Positions 1-9,508 of a stretch of DNA of 64,000 nucleotides are shown here, in pieces. Every line of letters starts with the position of its first letter. Positions within the stretch are counted from its first letter, which is position 1. The stretch spans positions 47,074-111,073 of the forward strand of contig CAJWWP010000001.1 in assembly GCA_913048525.1 (NCBI GenBank), written 5' to 3'. Source of the DNA: an uncultured Chloroflexota bacterium (GTDB lineage: Bacteria; Chloroflexota; Dehalococcoidia; Lucifugimonadales; UBA826). The translations under genes and the position numbers were made by a program. The notes beneath the pieces were generated by a model, which had not been told where the DNA came from, did no database searches, and was given only the letters and a program-made list of their open reading frames with translations.

Positions 1-122
1 GCTAACTCATTCAAATGAGAATCTGTTACCAATGAGGCGATCTCTATTACTACATGTTCGTCCTCAAGGCCCGTCATTTCTAAGTCTATCCAGACTAGGT
101 TTTTTTCTTTATCTTCGTTCAC
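1..122 (-). CDS. orn: oligoribonuclease, N-terminal fragment (gene runs off the window start)
   Basis: Not in the ORF track because it is edge-truncated. The minus-strand reading frame from GTG (122..120) gives [40 protein letters not shown] and stays open to nt 1. It closely resembles the Orn N-terminus (WIDLEMTGL ... IIEIA.LVTD, ExoI DxE motif). AGAGGAA SD at 133..127. Confidence 0.7.
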   Translation of the reverse strand, partial: MNEDKEKNLVWIDLEMTGLEDEHVVIEIASLVTDSHLNEL

Positions 123-168
123 TGCATTCCTCTGGTAGATTTTTTCAAGATAATGTTATCGTAATGCT

Positions 169-822
169 ATGTCCTCCAAATCAAAATCGGCGTCTAAATA
201 TGTTAATGATCTTTTCGATGATGCCAGAGAGCTTACATCGGATACTATAAATCCTTTTTCATACTGGGTGCTAATAGGAAAGATAGCCGCTGGAGAGTAC
301 CCAGGTAAGCAGTTCTCGAAAAACCCCTCGACTTTCATCGCCTCTGTTGTTCATTCTGTTATCGCATTGTTTAGAAGTAGATTTGCTGCTCGTAACTCCC
401 CAGGCTGGAAAATCGGACAACTGATGGACTCTGGGATTGACACGTTTATCGATCTTACAGAGTCAGGGGAGCGGCCACCATACAACATGCATTTGCATAC
501 ACAGAGACGCAAGCGTTCTCGTAGGTCGGAATATTATCGTTTTCCAATCCCAGATAAAAATGTGACCAGTCTAGAACAAATGAAGGAAATACTGGATCTT
601 ATCGATTCTGAAGTTTTTGAGGGGAGGTCTGTTTACATTCATTGTTTCAGAGGATTGGGAAGGACGGGGATTGTCGTGGGTTGTCTTTTATCCCGGCACG
701 GTATGGTTGGTGAAAAAGCACTTGAGAGGATTCCTGAAATAAGGAAAGGAGTTGCTGGAGATTTTAGAAAATCCCCGGAGAATGAGGCTCAACGTCGGTT
801 CGTTGTAGATTGGAGTGAGTGA
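169..822 (+). CDS. protein-tyrosine / dual-specificity phosphatase-like protein
   Basis: 217 aa ORF. The CX5R P-loop HCFRGLGRTG (res 158-167, nt 640-669) is the signature of Cys-based PTP/DSP phosphatases. Confidence 0.7.
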   Translation: MSSKSKSASKYVNDLFDDARELTSDTINPFSYWVLIGKIAAGEYPGKQFSKNPSTFIASVVHSVIALFRSRFAARNSPGWKIGQLMDSGIDTFIDLTESGERPPYNMHLHTQRRKRSRRSEYYRFPIPDKNVTSLEQMKEILDLIDSEVFEGRSVYIHCFRGLGRTGIVVGCLLSRHGMVGEKALERIPEIRKGVAGDFRKSPENEAQRRFVVDWSE

Positions 823-833
823 TAGGTATCACC

Positions 834-1328
834 CTAACTCAGAGATAGATCTTGTATTACCTGCACCGAGGAAATCTTAAGCAATTCATCAGGGTGGATT
901 AATATCTTTCCAGATCGACTTCCTCCGCCAACTATCAATTTCTCCAATCTCATAATTTTGTGGTCTACGTAGATGGGGAGTTTTATTGGTAATGCAAAAG
1001 GAGTGACTCCTCCAATCATCATGCCAGTCAGCTGTACCGTGTCCTCTGCGTTAGCGAATGATAAACGGGAAACACCCATCAAGCTTTTAACTTTTTTATT
1101 AACATCAAGCCTATCGGTGCCGAGAACAATACATCCTGAAAATTTCTTTTCACCTCTTTTAGAGGCGACTATTATCGTATTTCCAGATTCTTCCATTCTG
1201 AACCCATACTTTTCGCAAAACTGTGACGTGTCTGCAAAATCTGGATCTACTTCTATCCATTCATACTCAACTTTCAGATCTTGCAGGATATTTTTGACTC
1301 GTGATTCAATATTGCCGCTTTCAGCCAT
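834..1328 (-). CDS. YbaK/EbsC-type aminoacyl-tRNA editing (deacylase) domain protein
   Basis: 164 aa. Contains GGVTPFALP and a late GGG block typical of YbaK/ProX trans-editing domains. GAAGGGAGA SD upstream of the ATG. Confidence 0.6.
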   Translation of the reverse strand: MAESGNIESRVKNILQDLKVEYEWIEVDPDFADTSQFCEKYGFRMEESGNTIIVASKRGEKKFSGCIVLGTDRLDVNKKVKSLMGVSRLSFANAEDTVQLTGMMIGGVTPFALPIKLPIYVDHKIMRLEKLIVGGGSRSGKILIHPDELLKISSVQVIQDLSLS

Positions 1329-1388
1329 ATCAAGTCTCCCTTCGTTATTAGTAGTTTAAGATTATAAACCTGCTGAGTAAAATCTGGA

Positions 1389-2639
1389 TTGGTTAGGCTA
1401 AAATATTTTCTGATTATGAATAAAAAGAAGTTTGAAATAAGTCATCTCATTTCACAAGGTGCCAAGCTGAGAGGGGCTGGCTCGGATAAGGTTAGCACCC
1501 CGTGGGGTGTCGGCTCAGATAATTCAAACCTCATTGATCTACGTGTCGGTATGCCTGATAGGGAAAATCTGCCCTCCATAGCATTAGCGAAGCACATATC
1601 CGATATTCTCGAATCAGGAGATGTGACAGCACTAGAATATGAATACGGTAGCGGCGATGCAGATTTAAAGGCTATTTTGAGTGATCCTGATTATGGGTTT
1701 ACCGATCATTCTTCCATTCCTGATCAATTCGCTTTTTACAATGGGAGTTCTGGCTGTATGGAGGCATTCTGTGCGACCTTTGTGGACAAAGATGACGTGG
1801 TTATAGTCGAGGGGCCCAGCTTCCCAGGAACCGTTAGGGCTATTCTAAGGTCTGAAGGATTCATTAGAGAAGTAGGATCCGATCTTGAGGGGGCATCTAT
1901 AGGGGAAATTGAAGAGATTTATTTAGACTGTGTCGCAAATGACAGAACTTTAAAAGCTATCTATACGATTCCGGATTTTCATAATCCTCTCGGAAGGACG
2001 ATGTCACTACCTCGTCGTAAAGAGATTGCTGATTTCTGCCAAGAGCGTGAGATTCTTGTACTGGAAGACACGACCTATTCCAGCCTATATTTTGATTCAC
2101 CTCCCCCGAGCTCTATTTATTCAATTAGCTCCGGAATTGGAGTGTTGCAGATGGGGACTTTTAGCAAAACAATTGCTACGGGACTCCGACTTGGATGGCT
2201 GCATGGCACCGCTAAACTTATAGCGGCTCTTCATAAGACTCGATCCGATCTTGGAAATGTTCCGTTCATTCAAAATGCAGTAAGTCGATTTATTCTTAGC
2301 GGTGAATACGACGAGCATATCGTGGAAATGAGAAGCCTATATGGGGTGAAATGTCAAAATCTATGCCGTTCGCTTGATGAGAATTGCGCGGAGTATATCG
2401 ATTATCAAATACCAGGTGGAGGATTTTACCTCTGGTTAAAGATTCTGGGTGTTAGTGCAACGGATCTAGTGGAAAAAGCATGGGAAGGCGGGCTAGCTTT
2501 TCCAGACGGGAATTTGTTTTTTCAGGATCCCGTTAAGAATGAGAACAGCATTCGCTTAGCCTTTAGTGGGACACCTCAAGATAAATTGCTGGAGGTTGGA
2601 CCGATACTAAGGCGATCATTCGAGAAAATACTGGATTAG
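1389..2639 (+). CDS. PLP-dependent aminotransferase, class I/II
   Basis: 416 aa. PLP-lysine motif GTFSKTIATGLRLGW. Overall fold-type I aminotransferase pattern (NP.G ... EDTTY). The longest ORF starts at TTG 1389; an in-frame ATG at 1416 is an alternative start. Confidence 0.8.
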   Translation: MVRLKYFLIMNKKKFEISHLISQGAKLRGAGSDKVSTPWGVGSDNSNLIDLRVGMPDRENLPSIALAKHISDILESGDVTALEYEYGSGDADLKAILSDPDYGFTDHSSIPDQFAFYNGSSGCMEAFCATFVDKDDVVIVEGPSFPGTVRAILRSEGFIREVGSDLEGASIGEIEEIYLDCVANDRTLKAIYTIPDFHNPLGRTMSLPRRKEIADFCQEREILVLEDTTYSSLYFDSPPPSSIYSISSGIGVLQMGTFSKTIATGLRLGWLHGTAKLIAALHKTRSDLGNVPFIQNAVSRFILSGEYDEHIVEMRSLYGVKCQNLCRSLDENCAEYIDYQIPGGGFYLWLKILGVSATDLVEKAWEGGLAFPDGNLFFQDPVKNENSIRLAFSGTPQDKLLEVGPILRRSFEKILD

Positions 2640-2648
2640 GTTTAAATT

Positions 2649-4229
2649 CTATGGAATAGCCCTACCGGTTGTGGTTCCAGTACATTCCTCTTTGGAAACC
2701 GCTACTTCCCCGTTTACGATCACAAAGGGTATTCCTGTTGGAAATTGCTTGGGGTCGTCGTACGTAGCGTTGTCATTGATGGTAGCGGGGTCGAAAAGGA
2801 CTATATCAGCAAAATATCCTTCCTGTATCTTTCCTCGCTGCTTTAGTCCGAATCTCCTTGCCGGGTTGTCGGTTATCCTTTGGATGGTATGTTCCAGCGG
2901 CATAGCATTGTATTTTCTCTGAAACCTGCCGACTACACGGGGAAATGTTCCGTAAGCTCTAGGATGAGGATAGCTACCCAATGGTATAGAGTCACTTCCG
3001 ACCATGTAGTCAGGCCGTGACAGAAACTCCATAGCGTCTTGGTTTATTTGTTCCCAGACCGCGACACTTAATGGTGGTGAACCCCAGTATCCCACTTCGC
3101 CCTCATTCTCCAGAAGAATATCGCAGATCGTGGTGCCCAGTGAAACTTCTCTTTCCTTAGCAATGCGGGTCAGCGAGATGCCTTCATACTTAGGGGCCTT
3201 TGCTACATAGGAGAATACCGCGTCGTTGATAGGACGAGGAGAGTCGTTATCCAGATAATCGGCCAGAAGATTTTTTTCGTTAGGATTCCTAAGCTTTTCA
3301 AGTAGTCCTGCCAAGCCACCCTCATGAGCATAACTTGGAAAGAAGCTGAGGGGGAATGTGCTACCCGTCGGATATGGATAGAGCTCCAGGGAAACATCGA
3401 CACCTTCAGAAATGGCTTGGTCTATTTCCTCAATTCGATTAGAGACTTCTCCGGCAGTATTTTCATCAGTTCTGAAGTGTGAAAAATGTAGTTTTACTCC
3501 AGATCTTTTTGATATTTCCAGCGCTTCCGTGATACCTCCTCCACCGAATCCTCTGTCAATGTTTTTGTCACGAAGATGTGTAACATAAACACCACCAAAT
3601 TCTGCTACAACTGAACAAAGCTCTATTATTTCCTCAGTATCACTCCATGCGTTTGGAAAGTAAGACATTCCAGTGGCAAGCCCTACGGCTCCTTCTTCCA
3701 TCCCACGCCTAACAAGTTCCTTGGCTTTTCCAAGTGAGGTATCCCTTAGAGGTTTATCATTAAAACCTACAGTTTCAAGGCGGATTGCTCCATGGGCAAT
3801 ACAGTAGGCTGTGTTGATTGAGACTTTTCTGTCGTAATTTTCTCTGAAAGCAGTGACTGAAGACATGTCAAGATTTTTTGGCGGGAGTCCCAAAATTCCT
3901 GAAAGATACCTTCGGTTTAACAGGTAATTTTCTCTTGAAAGTGGCGCATAGGATAAGCCGTCTTGTCCCAGTATCTCTGTAGTTACGCCTTGTCTTAACG
4001 AGTGGGCATGCTGAGGAATGTTGAGAAGTGCTCCATCTGAATGAGTGTGTGTATCGATGAATCCTGGGGAAGCTGCCAGGCCATTGGCTTCTATTACGAG
4101 ACGGTCACTGGTAGATTCTATATTTGATATAGATTCTATTTTGTCGTTTTTGATAAGAATATCGCTAACGAAAGGTGGGGCCCCTGTTCCATCGTAAATC
4201 ATGGGGGACTTTATCAGTATGCTTGTCAT
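2649..4229 (-). CDS. N-acyl-D-amino-acid deacylase (D-aminoacylase) family amidohydrolase
   Basis: 526 aa. The N-terminal composite beta-domain is followed by PGFIDTHTHSD (HxH metal site) and QGVTTEILGQDG, as in D-aminoacylases (Amidohydro_3). AAAGGTG SD. Confidence 0.7.
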   Translation of the reverse strand: MTSILIKSPMIYDGTGAPPFVSDILIKNDKIESISNIESTSDRLVIEANGLAASPGFIDTHTHSDGALLNIPQHAHSLRQGVTTEILGQDGLSYAPLSRENYLLNRRYLSGILGLPPKNLDMSSVTAFRENYDRKVSINTAYCIAHGAIRLETVGFNDKPLRDTSLGKAKELVRRGMEEGAVGLATGMSYFPNAWSDTEEIIELCSVVAEFGGVYVTHLRDKNIDRGFGGGGITEALEISKRSGVKLHFSHFRTDENTAGEVSNRIEEIDQAISEGVDVSLELYPYPTGSTFPLSFFPSYAHEGGLAGLLEKLRNPNEKNLLADYLDNDSPRPINDAVFSYVAKAPKYEGISLTRIAKEREVSLGTTICDILLENEGEVGYWGSPPLSVAVWEQINQDAMEFLSRPDYMVGSDSIPLGSYPHPRAYGTFPRVVGRFQRKYNAMPLEHTIQRITDNPARRFGLKQRGKIQEGYFADIVLFDPATINDNATYDDPKQFPTGIPFVIVNGEVAVSKEECTGTTTGRAIP

Positions 4230-4280
4230 TTTTCACACCTTTTTAGTTTCGAAATAATTCGTTGTAACTCCACATCCAGG

Positions 4281-5534
4281 TTATATACCAGATTTTACAT
4301 CCATTTTCTGGAATCGTTTTGAAAAACTTAGGCTGATTAAGCCTAAAATTGAGACGAATGTAGTTGTTATTAGAACGGCATCATAATTCCATATTTCTGC
4401 TATCCACCCTGCTATAGCTGGGGCGACTGCGAACCCCCAAACAAAACCCATACTTGTGAGGGAGAAAATGACACCGAAATTCCTGGTTCCCAGAGAATCT
4501 GATGTCAGTACCGGCCTGACAATGCTGACAAGACCGTACATGCCCCCCTGTATTGTGACGAAAATCAATACCATCAATAACTTTTCATCACCAAATAACA
4601 GAAGAACACTTGTGCCTGCGAACGCAACTAGACATAGAGTAGCTATCTTAGTGGCGGGAATATCCCTGCTAGAGAAGTGCTCTGCCAGGAAGAGAATAAA
4701 TCTTGCCAAGACCTGCATTGGTCCTATCAAGGAGGCTAAAATTACAGCAGTACTGTCGGAAATGCCTTTACTTTGTAGTAGCGGGAATATTTGGCTAACG
4801 AACATACCCTGTGTTGCTGCAAATGCTGCAAAAGTTATGAAAATTAGCCAAAATACTGGGTTCTTTATGAGAGGAATTACGGTATCTAAAAATGGAGTTA
4901 CTGTTGGTGACTGAATGTCATGGGTTGCTTCTCCAGTTTCCTGATCTGGAACTTGTCTATTGGTCTCGGGACTTCCATACCAAAATAATGGTGCTGTTAC
5001 AAAAATCAACGTTAAGCTGAATAGGTGTAAAGTATTGTCCCAGCCAATAGCATCACTCAGAATTGTTGATACTGAATATGAAACACTGCTGGCAAATCCT
5101 GCTTGGAGTGTAATAAACACGATCGCGTTTTTGGAATTATTTTTGTATGTTCGGGTGATGTATGAAAAACAAGGTTCGTATAGGCATCCAGCCATTGCAA
5201 TACCAATGAGTACCCAGATGCAGTAAAAGGCCAGAATGCTCCCCACATAGGGGATAACAGAAATTAATAAAGCGCCTGCGCATACACTCAGCGTGAAAAG
5301 GATCCTAGAATGACCTTTGTCTATGATTCTACCTGCAGCTATACCGGCAATTGCTGACGATGCAAGGGCGAGTGTAAACGCAACAGAGATCTCGGCAATG
5401 CTCCATCCGAAGTGATCTGACCAACGGAGCAACATGGCCGGGAAGACATAAAAAATAGCCGCCCATACCAGCATTTCTCCAATACCCAGAGACCAGAGTC
5501 TAGAGTTGTGCCATATGGGTCTACTGTTTTCCAT
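4281..5534 (-). CDS. MFS transporter
   Basis: 417 aa, about 12 hydrophobic segments. MFS motif-A-like GRIIDKGHSR after TM2. GGTGGA SD. Confidence 0.8.
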   Translation of the reverse strand: MENSRPIWHNSRLWSLGIGEMLVWAAIFYVFPAMLLRWSDHFGWSIAEISVAFTLALASSAIAGIAAGRIIDKGHSRILFTLSVCAGALLISVIPYVGSILAFYCIWVLIGIAMAGCLYEPCFSYITRTYKNNSKNAIVFITLQAGFASSVSYSVSTILSDAIGWDNTLHLFSLTLIFVTAPLFWYGSPETNRQVPDQETGEATHDIQSPTVTPFLDTVIPLIKNPVFWLIFITFAAFAATQGMFVSQIFPLLQSKGISDSTAVILASLIGPMQVLARFILFLAEHFSSRDIPATKIATLCLVAFAGTSVLLLFGDEKLLMVLIFVTIQGGMYGLVSIVRPVLTSDSLGTRNFGVIFSLTSMGFVWGFAVAPAIAGWIAEIWNYDAVLITTTFVSILGLISLSFSKRFQKMDVKSGI

Positions 5535-5623
5535 AATGATTATTATCCACCTTCCAAACTAGGAATCTTTTATGAAGTTTCAGAACGGAAGCCCTTGGGA
5601 ATTATATGGAAGGTTTAAAACTT

Positions 5624-5672
5624 CGCTTAAAATTCTTTTTTTAATAGTTATATGACTACCCAATTTTAAGCG
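5624..5672. promoter_or_regulatory. 11-bp perfect inverted repeat (CGCTTAAAATT-N27-AATTTTAAGCG) in a divergent promoter region
   Basis: Read directly: 5624-5634 is the exact reverse complement of 5662-5672. It lies between the divergent MFS (start 5534) and enolase (start 5734) genes. Candidate operator or 5'-UTR stem. Confidence 0.3.
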
Positions 5673-5733
5673 TGTACTATAGCCCCGTTTTCAGATGAAA
5701 CTCTTTAATACATTGTGACAAGGAAGGGATTTT

Positions 5734-6906
5734 ATGAGAGAGGCACCAGTAATAACTAAGGTTGAGGCTATCCATTTCGAACATGTGCTTGAAAATGTGG
5801 GAAAAGATTACAACACTTTCAATATGGTTTTTGAACCAGGAGGGAGTCTTGTTCAATCGAATACGATCTTAAGAATTCATACCGATAAAGGCATCGTTGG
5901 GGAGTACCCGGGCGTTATTGGACCGGCCATGGCAGAGCTGAGGGCAATTGGTAACTATCTTGTAGGTAAGAATTCTCTTGCTCGTGAGTCGATTTATAAT
6001 GATTTAAAGAGAGGCTCCAGACACTGGGCGATGCTGGGAATGAGTGTTGTTGATATCTGTCTATGGGATATCGCTGGCAAGTTTTATGATGAACCTCTGT
6101 ACAGGCTTTTGGGGGGAGAACGACGTCCACTGAAAGCCTATGCGTCTACTCTGCATGGAGATGAAAACGGAGGCCTCACCACGCCCCAAGACTTCGAGGA
6201 CTTCGCTAACCAATGTCTTGAAATGGGATATAAGGCGTTTAAAGTACACGGCTGGGGTCTTGCGAGAGATAATATTCAGAGGGAAATAGATAATGTCCTT
6301 AATTTGGGAGAAAAATTTTCTGGTAAGTTAGATCTTCTGATCGATCCAGCCTGCGAGATAAAGAATTTTGGTGATGCCCTTAAATTAGGCCAAGCTTGTG
6401 ACGAGGCTAATTTTTTCTGGCTGGAGGATCCCTTCCAAGACAATGGAGTCTCTCAATTTGCCCATAGGAAGTTGAGACAAATGTTGAAGACTCCTATTCT
6501 CCAGACTGAGCACATACGTCTTTTAGAACAACACGTCGATTTTATTGTCGCGGATGCGACGGATTACGTTAGATGTGGAGCCCATGAGGATGGTGGCGTC
6601 ACAGGTGCGATGAAAATTGCTCATGCAACGGAAGGATTTGGATTAGATGTGGAACTGCATGGCCCTGGGCCAGTTCACAGGCACATAATGTCGGCTATAA
6701 GGAATACAAATTTTTTTGAACTAGGGTTGGTTCATCCCAATGTTCCCTCCACAAAACCGCCTGTATATCTGGATTATAATGACAATCTTGACGGGATCGA
6801 TGCAGACGGAAATGTATTCGCTCCAGAAGGCGCGGGTATCGGGGTAGAACTGGATTGGGACTGGATCAATGCTCATAAACTCGGAGAGGAAGTTATAGCA
6901 GAATAG
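5734..6906 (+). CDS. enolase-superfamily enzyme (mandelate racemase/muconate lactonizing enzyme family)
   Basis: 390 aa. Capping-domain motif DICLWDIAGKFYDEPLYRLLGG plus barrel-domain acidic ligands (LIDP..., WLEDP). AAGGAAGGG SD. Confidence 0.85.
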   Translation: MREAPVITKVEAIHFEHVLENVGKDYNTFNMVFEPGGSLVQSNTILRIHTDKGIVGEYPGVIGPAMAELRAIGNYLVGKNSLARESIYNDLKRGSRHWAMLGMSVVDICLWDIAGKFYDEPLYRLLGGERRPLKAYASTLHGDENGGLTTPQDFEDFANQCLEMGYKAFKVHGWGLARDNIQREIDNVLNLGEKFSGKLDLLIDPACEIKNFGDALKLGQACDEANFFWLEDPFQDNGVSQFAHRKLRQMLKTPILQTEHIRLLEQHVDFIVADATDYVRCGAHEDGGVTGAMKIAHATEGFGLDVELHGPGPVHRHIMSAIRNTNFFELGLVHPNVPSTKPPVYLDYNDNLDGIDADGNVFAPEGAGIGVELDWDWINAHKLGEEVIAE

Positions 6907-6977
6907 TGTTTGGAACAAAATTTGATTGTTGGATAGGGTAAAATCCGCAAGTTACTATTATCAGGAGAAGTAAAACT

Positions 6978-7736
6978 ATGACATCTAATGGAAAAGTTGC
7001 TGTGATTACAGGTGCAGGTAGTGGCATAGGTAGGTCAGCTGCGTTGCATTTGTTCAAGGATGGTTATTCTGTTGCACTTGCTGGCAGGCGCTTGGAACCT
7101 CTAGAGGAATCTATTTCACTAGCGGGAGTCGATGGTGCTAGAGCAATTGCTGTGCCGACTGACGTTGGGGATACAGATGCGATAGCTAATTTGTTTGAGG
7201 AGACTAAGAAAGCGTTTGGCAGGGTAGATGTTCTTTTTAATAACGCAGGAATTGGGTCACCAAGAATGCCTATTGATGAACTTCCTGTCGAAGACTGGAA
7301 AAGGGTGGTTGATACAAATCTAACAGGCAGTTTTGTATGTGCTCAACATGCCATAAGAATGATGAAAGAACAATCACCTCAGGGTGGTCGGATTATTAAT
7401 AACGGTTCGATATCTGCTTATGTTCCTCGCCCTGAAGCAGTCGCATATACGGCGACGAAACATGCAATCACTGGGCTTACGAAACAGATTTCACTGGATG
7501 GGAGACCTTTTGATATCGTGTGTAGTCAGGTCGATGTAGGTAATGCGGCCACTCCCATGACGGCGAGAATGGCTAATGGGGTACCTCAGGCTAATGGTGA
7601 AATGGCAGTTGAACCCACCTACAATGTTGATCATGTGGGGGAGACAATTTCATATATTAGTAATCTGCCTTTAGAGGCGAATATTCAGTTTGTGACCATT
7701 ATGGCTAGTAAAATGCCATATATTGGGAGAGGATAA
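6978..7736 (+). CDS. short-chain dehydrogenase/reductase (SDR)
   Basis: 252 aa. [10 protein letters not shown] cofactor motif, NNAG, catalytic YTATK. AGGAGAAG SD. Confidence 0.9.
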   Translation: MTSNGKVAVITGAGSGIGRSAALHLFKDGYSVALAGRRLEPLEESISLAGVDGARAIAVPTDVGDTDAIANLFEETKKAFGRVDVLFNNAGIGSPRMPIDELPVEDWKRVVDTNLTGSFVCAQHAIRMMKEQSPQGGRIINNGSISAYVPRPEAVAYTATKHAITGLTKQISLDGRPFDIVCSQVDVGNAATPMTARMANGVPQANGEMAVEPTYNVDHVGETISYISNLPLEANIQFVTIMASKMPYIGRG

Positions 7737-7825
7737 GTTCTTTCCTAATTTGTAAAACATCAGCGAATCGGTGGTCAGAAATAGCACTCTAACTATTATC
7801 AAACATCGATTTGCTGCTCATTGAT

Positions 7826-9487
7826 TCAAATTCGGAACATCCCGTCTCCTTGCGAAATGTAGGCTTGCCCGCCGCTAAGTCCAACCGGTGAACCATCGGC
7901 CCTCCAACAAGCTGCGCCATGTATAAACCCCTCACTGTCGAACATTATTCCATTCATTCCTCCTGCTATTCGGTCGACTCTCTCTATCGAATGCCCCATT
8001 TTGTCGAGGCCTTCAGATGCTTCATCAGAAACTGAAAATTCAAGTTCTAAGTTTTGGCCTTGCGTCCACACCCTAGGTGCTTCGACAGCCTGCTGAAGGG
8101 ACATTCCGTGGTCAATTACATTGATAATTCCTTGCAGAACAGAGCCAAATATTCTTCTCCCACCAGGGGTTCCCAAAGCCATGAATGGTTTTCCGCCTTT
8201 GAAAACAGTTATAGGTGCCATACTGCTTAGCACTCTTTTGCCAGGAACTATTGAATTTGCGTTGCCAGGATGGGGATCAAAGTTATATAGAGTGTTATTC
8301 AAAGTAACGCCGGTTCCCGGTACAGTAACTCTTGACCCGAAGGCGTCGTTAAGTGTCTGAGTCATAGAAACTATGTTTCCGTCATTGTCAGCAACTGTAA
8401 GGTGAGTAGTGTTTTCTGACTCTCCTAGTTGTAGTTCTGGGTTGCCATGTACAAATGACCCGGCTTTTTGCAAATCTATTTCAGAATATCTGATATCGGC
8501 ATAACGTTTTGACACCAATTCTTGAACAGGAACGTCTACAAAGTCTGGGTCTCCCATAAATCTGAATCTATCTGAGAATACTATCTTCAAAGTTTCAGCC
8601 AACAGATGAATGTATTCTTTTGTTCCGAATCCCATCGCTTCGATATTAAATTTTTCGAGCAAATTAAGAGCTTGAACTATATGTGTGGCGCCGGAGCTGG
8701 CAGGTCCAACACCGACAATCTCGTAACCCCTGTAATTTCCCTTAACCGGGTTTCTGTATTCAAGTTGATATTTTTCTATGTCGTCCTGGGTGACGATACC
8801 TCCGTTTTTTGCCATTTCCTTCTCTATGGCATTACCCAGCCAGCCTCTTGTCAATATCTCATCACCCGTTTTAGATATTTCACGTAACACGGAGGCATAG
8901 TTCTGATTTCGTAATAGCTGTCCAGTGGAAAGAGGGTTATTGTTATTGAAGAACAAATCGCGACTGCCCGGGTAGGATTTCAAGGCAATTTTGTTGGTCT
9001 CAATAATTCCGGCTAGGTAGGGACTTATGGAGAAACCTTGCTCTGCGTATCTCATGGCCGGTTGCACAGTATTCTCAAAATCTAAATTCCCATACTTGGT
9101 CTGGATGTGGTACCAGCATTGCAATCCAGCAGGCACCCCAACTGACAAATGACCGATCTTATTTTTCTGTTGCTCGGTTTCCATGTAGTCGGGCCAGGAG
9201 TCCGATATCGGGGTGAACATATCGGGTTGGGCGGCAGCAGGTGCCGTACAGTAGTTGTCTATAGTTATAGAGGAGTTGGTAGATGCATTATGTATGTTTA
9301 CGAATCCTGCCCCAGTTATCCCAACCATCATCGGCTCAACAACTGTAAGAGCTAAGACGGTTGCCACAGCCGCGTCGACTGCATTTCCTCCAGTGGCAAG
9401 CATCTCTATTCCAGCAAGAGATGCCAGTGCATGATTAGAGGTCACTACACCCCTGGACCCGATAGCTTCCTGTTTTAAAGTTTTCAT
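7826..9487 (-). CDS. ggt: gamma-glutamyltransferase family protein (no signal peptide)
   Basis: 553 aa. Autoprocessing/catalytic Thr context ENTTHLTVADNDGNIVSMTQTLN and TPGGRRI. The N-terminus starts directly in the mature domain (GVVTSNHALAS). Confidence 0.8.
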   Translation of the reverse strand: MKTLKQEAIGSRGVVTSNHALASLAGIEMLATGGNAVDAAVATVLALTVVEPMMVGITGAGFVNIHNASTNSSITIDNYCTAPAAAQPDMFTPISDSWPDYMETEQQKNKIGHLSVGVPAGLQCWYHIQTKYGNLDFENTVQPAMRYAEQGFSISPYLAGIIETNKIALKSYPGSRDLFFNNNNPLSTGQLLRNQNYASVLREISKTGDEILTRGWLGNAIEKEMAKNGGIVTQDDIEKYQLEYRNPVKGNYRGYEIVGVGPASSGATHIVQALNLLEKFNIEAMGFGTKEYIHLLAETLKIVFSDRFRFMGDPDFVDVPVQELVSKRYADIRYSEIDLQKAGSFVHGNPELQLGESENTTHLTVADNDGNIVSMTQTLNDAFGSRVTVPGTGVTLNNTLYNFDPHPGNANSIVPGKRVLSSMAPITVFKGGKPFMALGTPGGRRIFGSVLQGIINVIDHGMSLQQAVEAPRVWTQGQNLELEFSVSDEASEGLDKMGHSIERVDRIAGGMNGIMFDSEGFIHGAACWRADGSPVGLSGGQAYISQGDGMFRI

Positions 9488-9508
9488 CAGACTTAGGACT
9501 CTTTAAAT

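Noticed and set aside
819-832. A 14-nt perfect palindrome, GTGATAGGTATCAC, spanning the phosphatase stop codon between convergent genes.
   Set aside because: The loop would be only 2 nt and there is no U-tract, so it is not a credible terminator. A single short palindrome is not enough to call a binding site.
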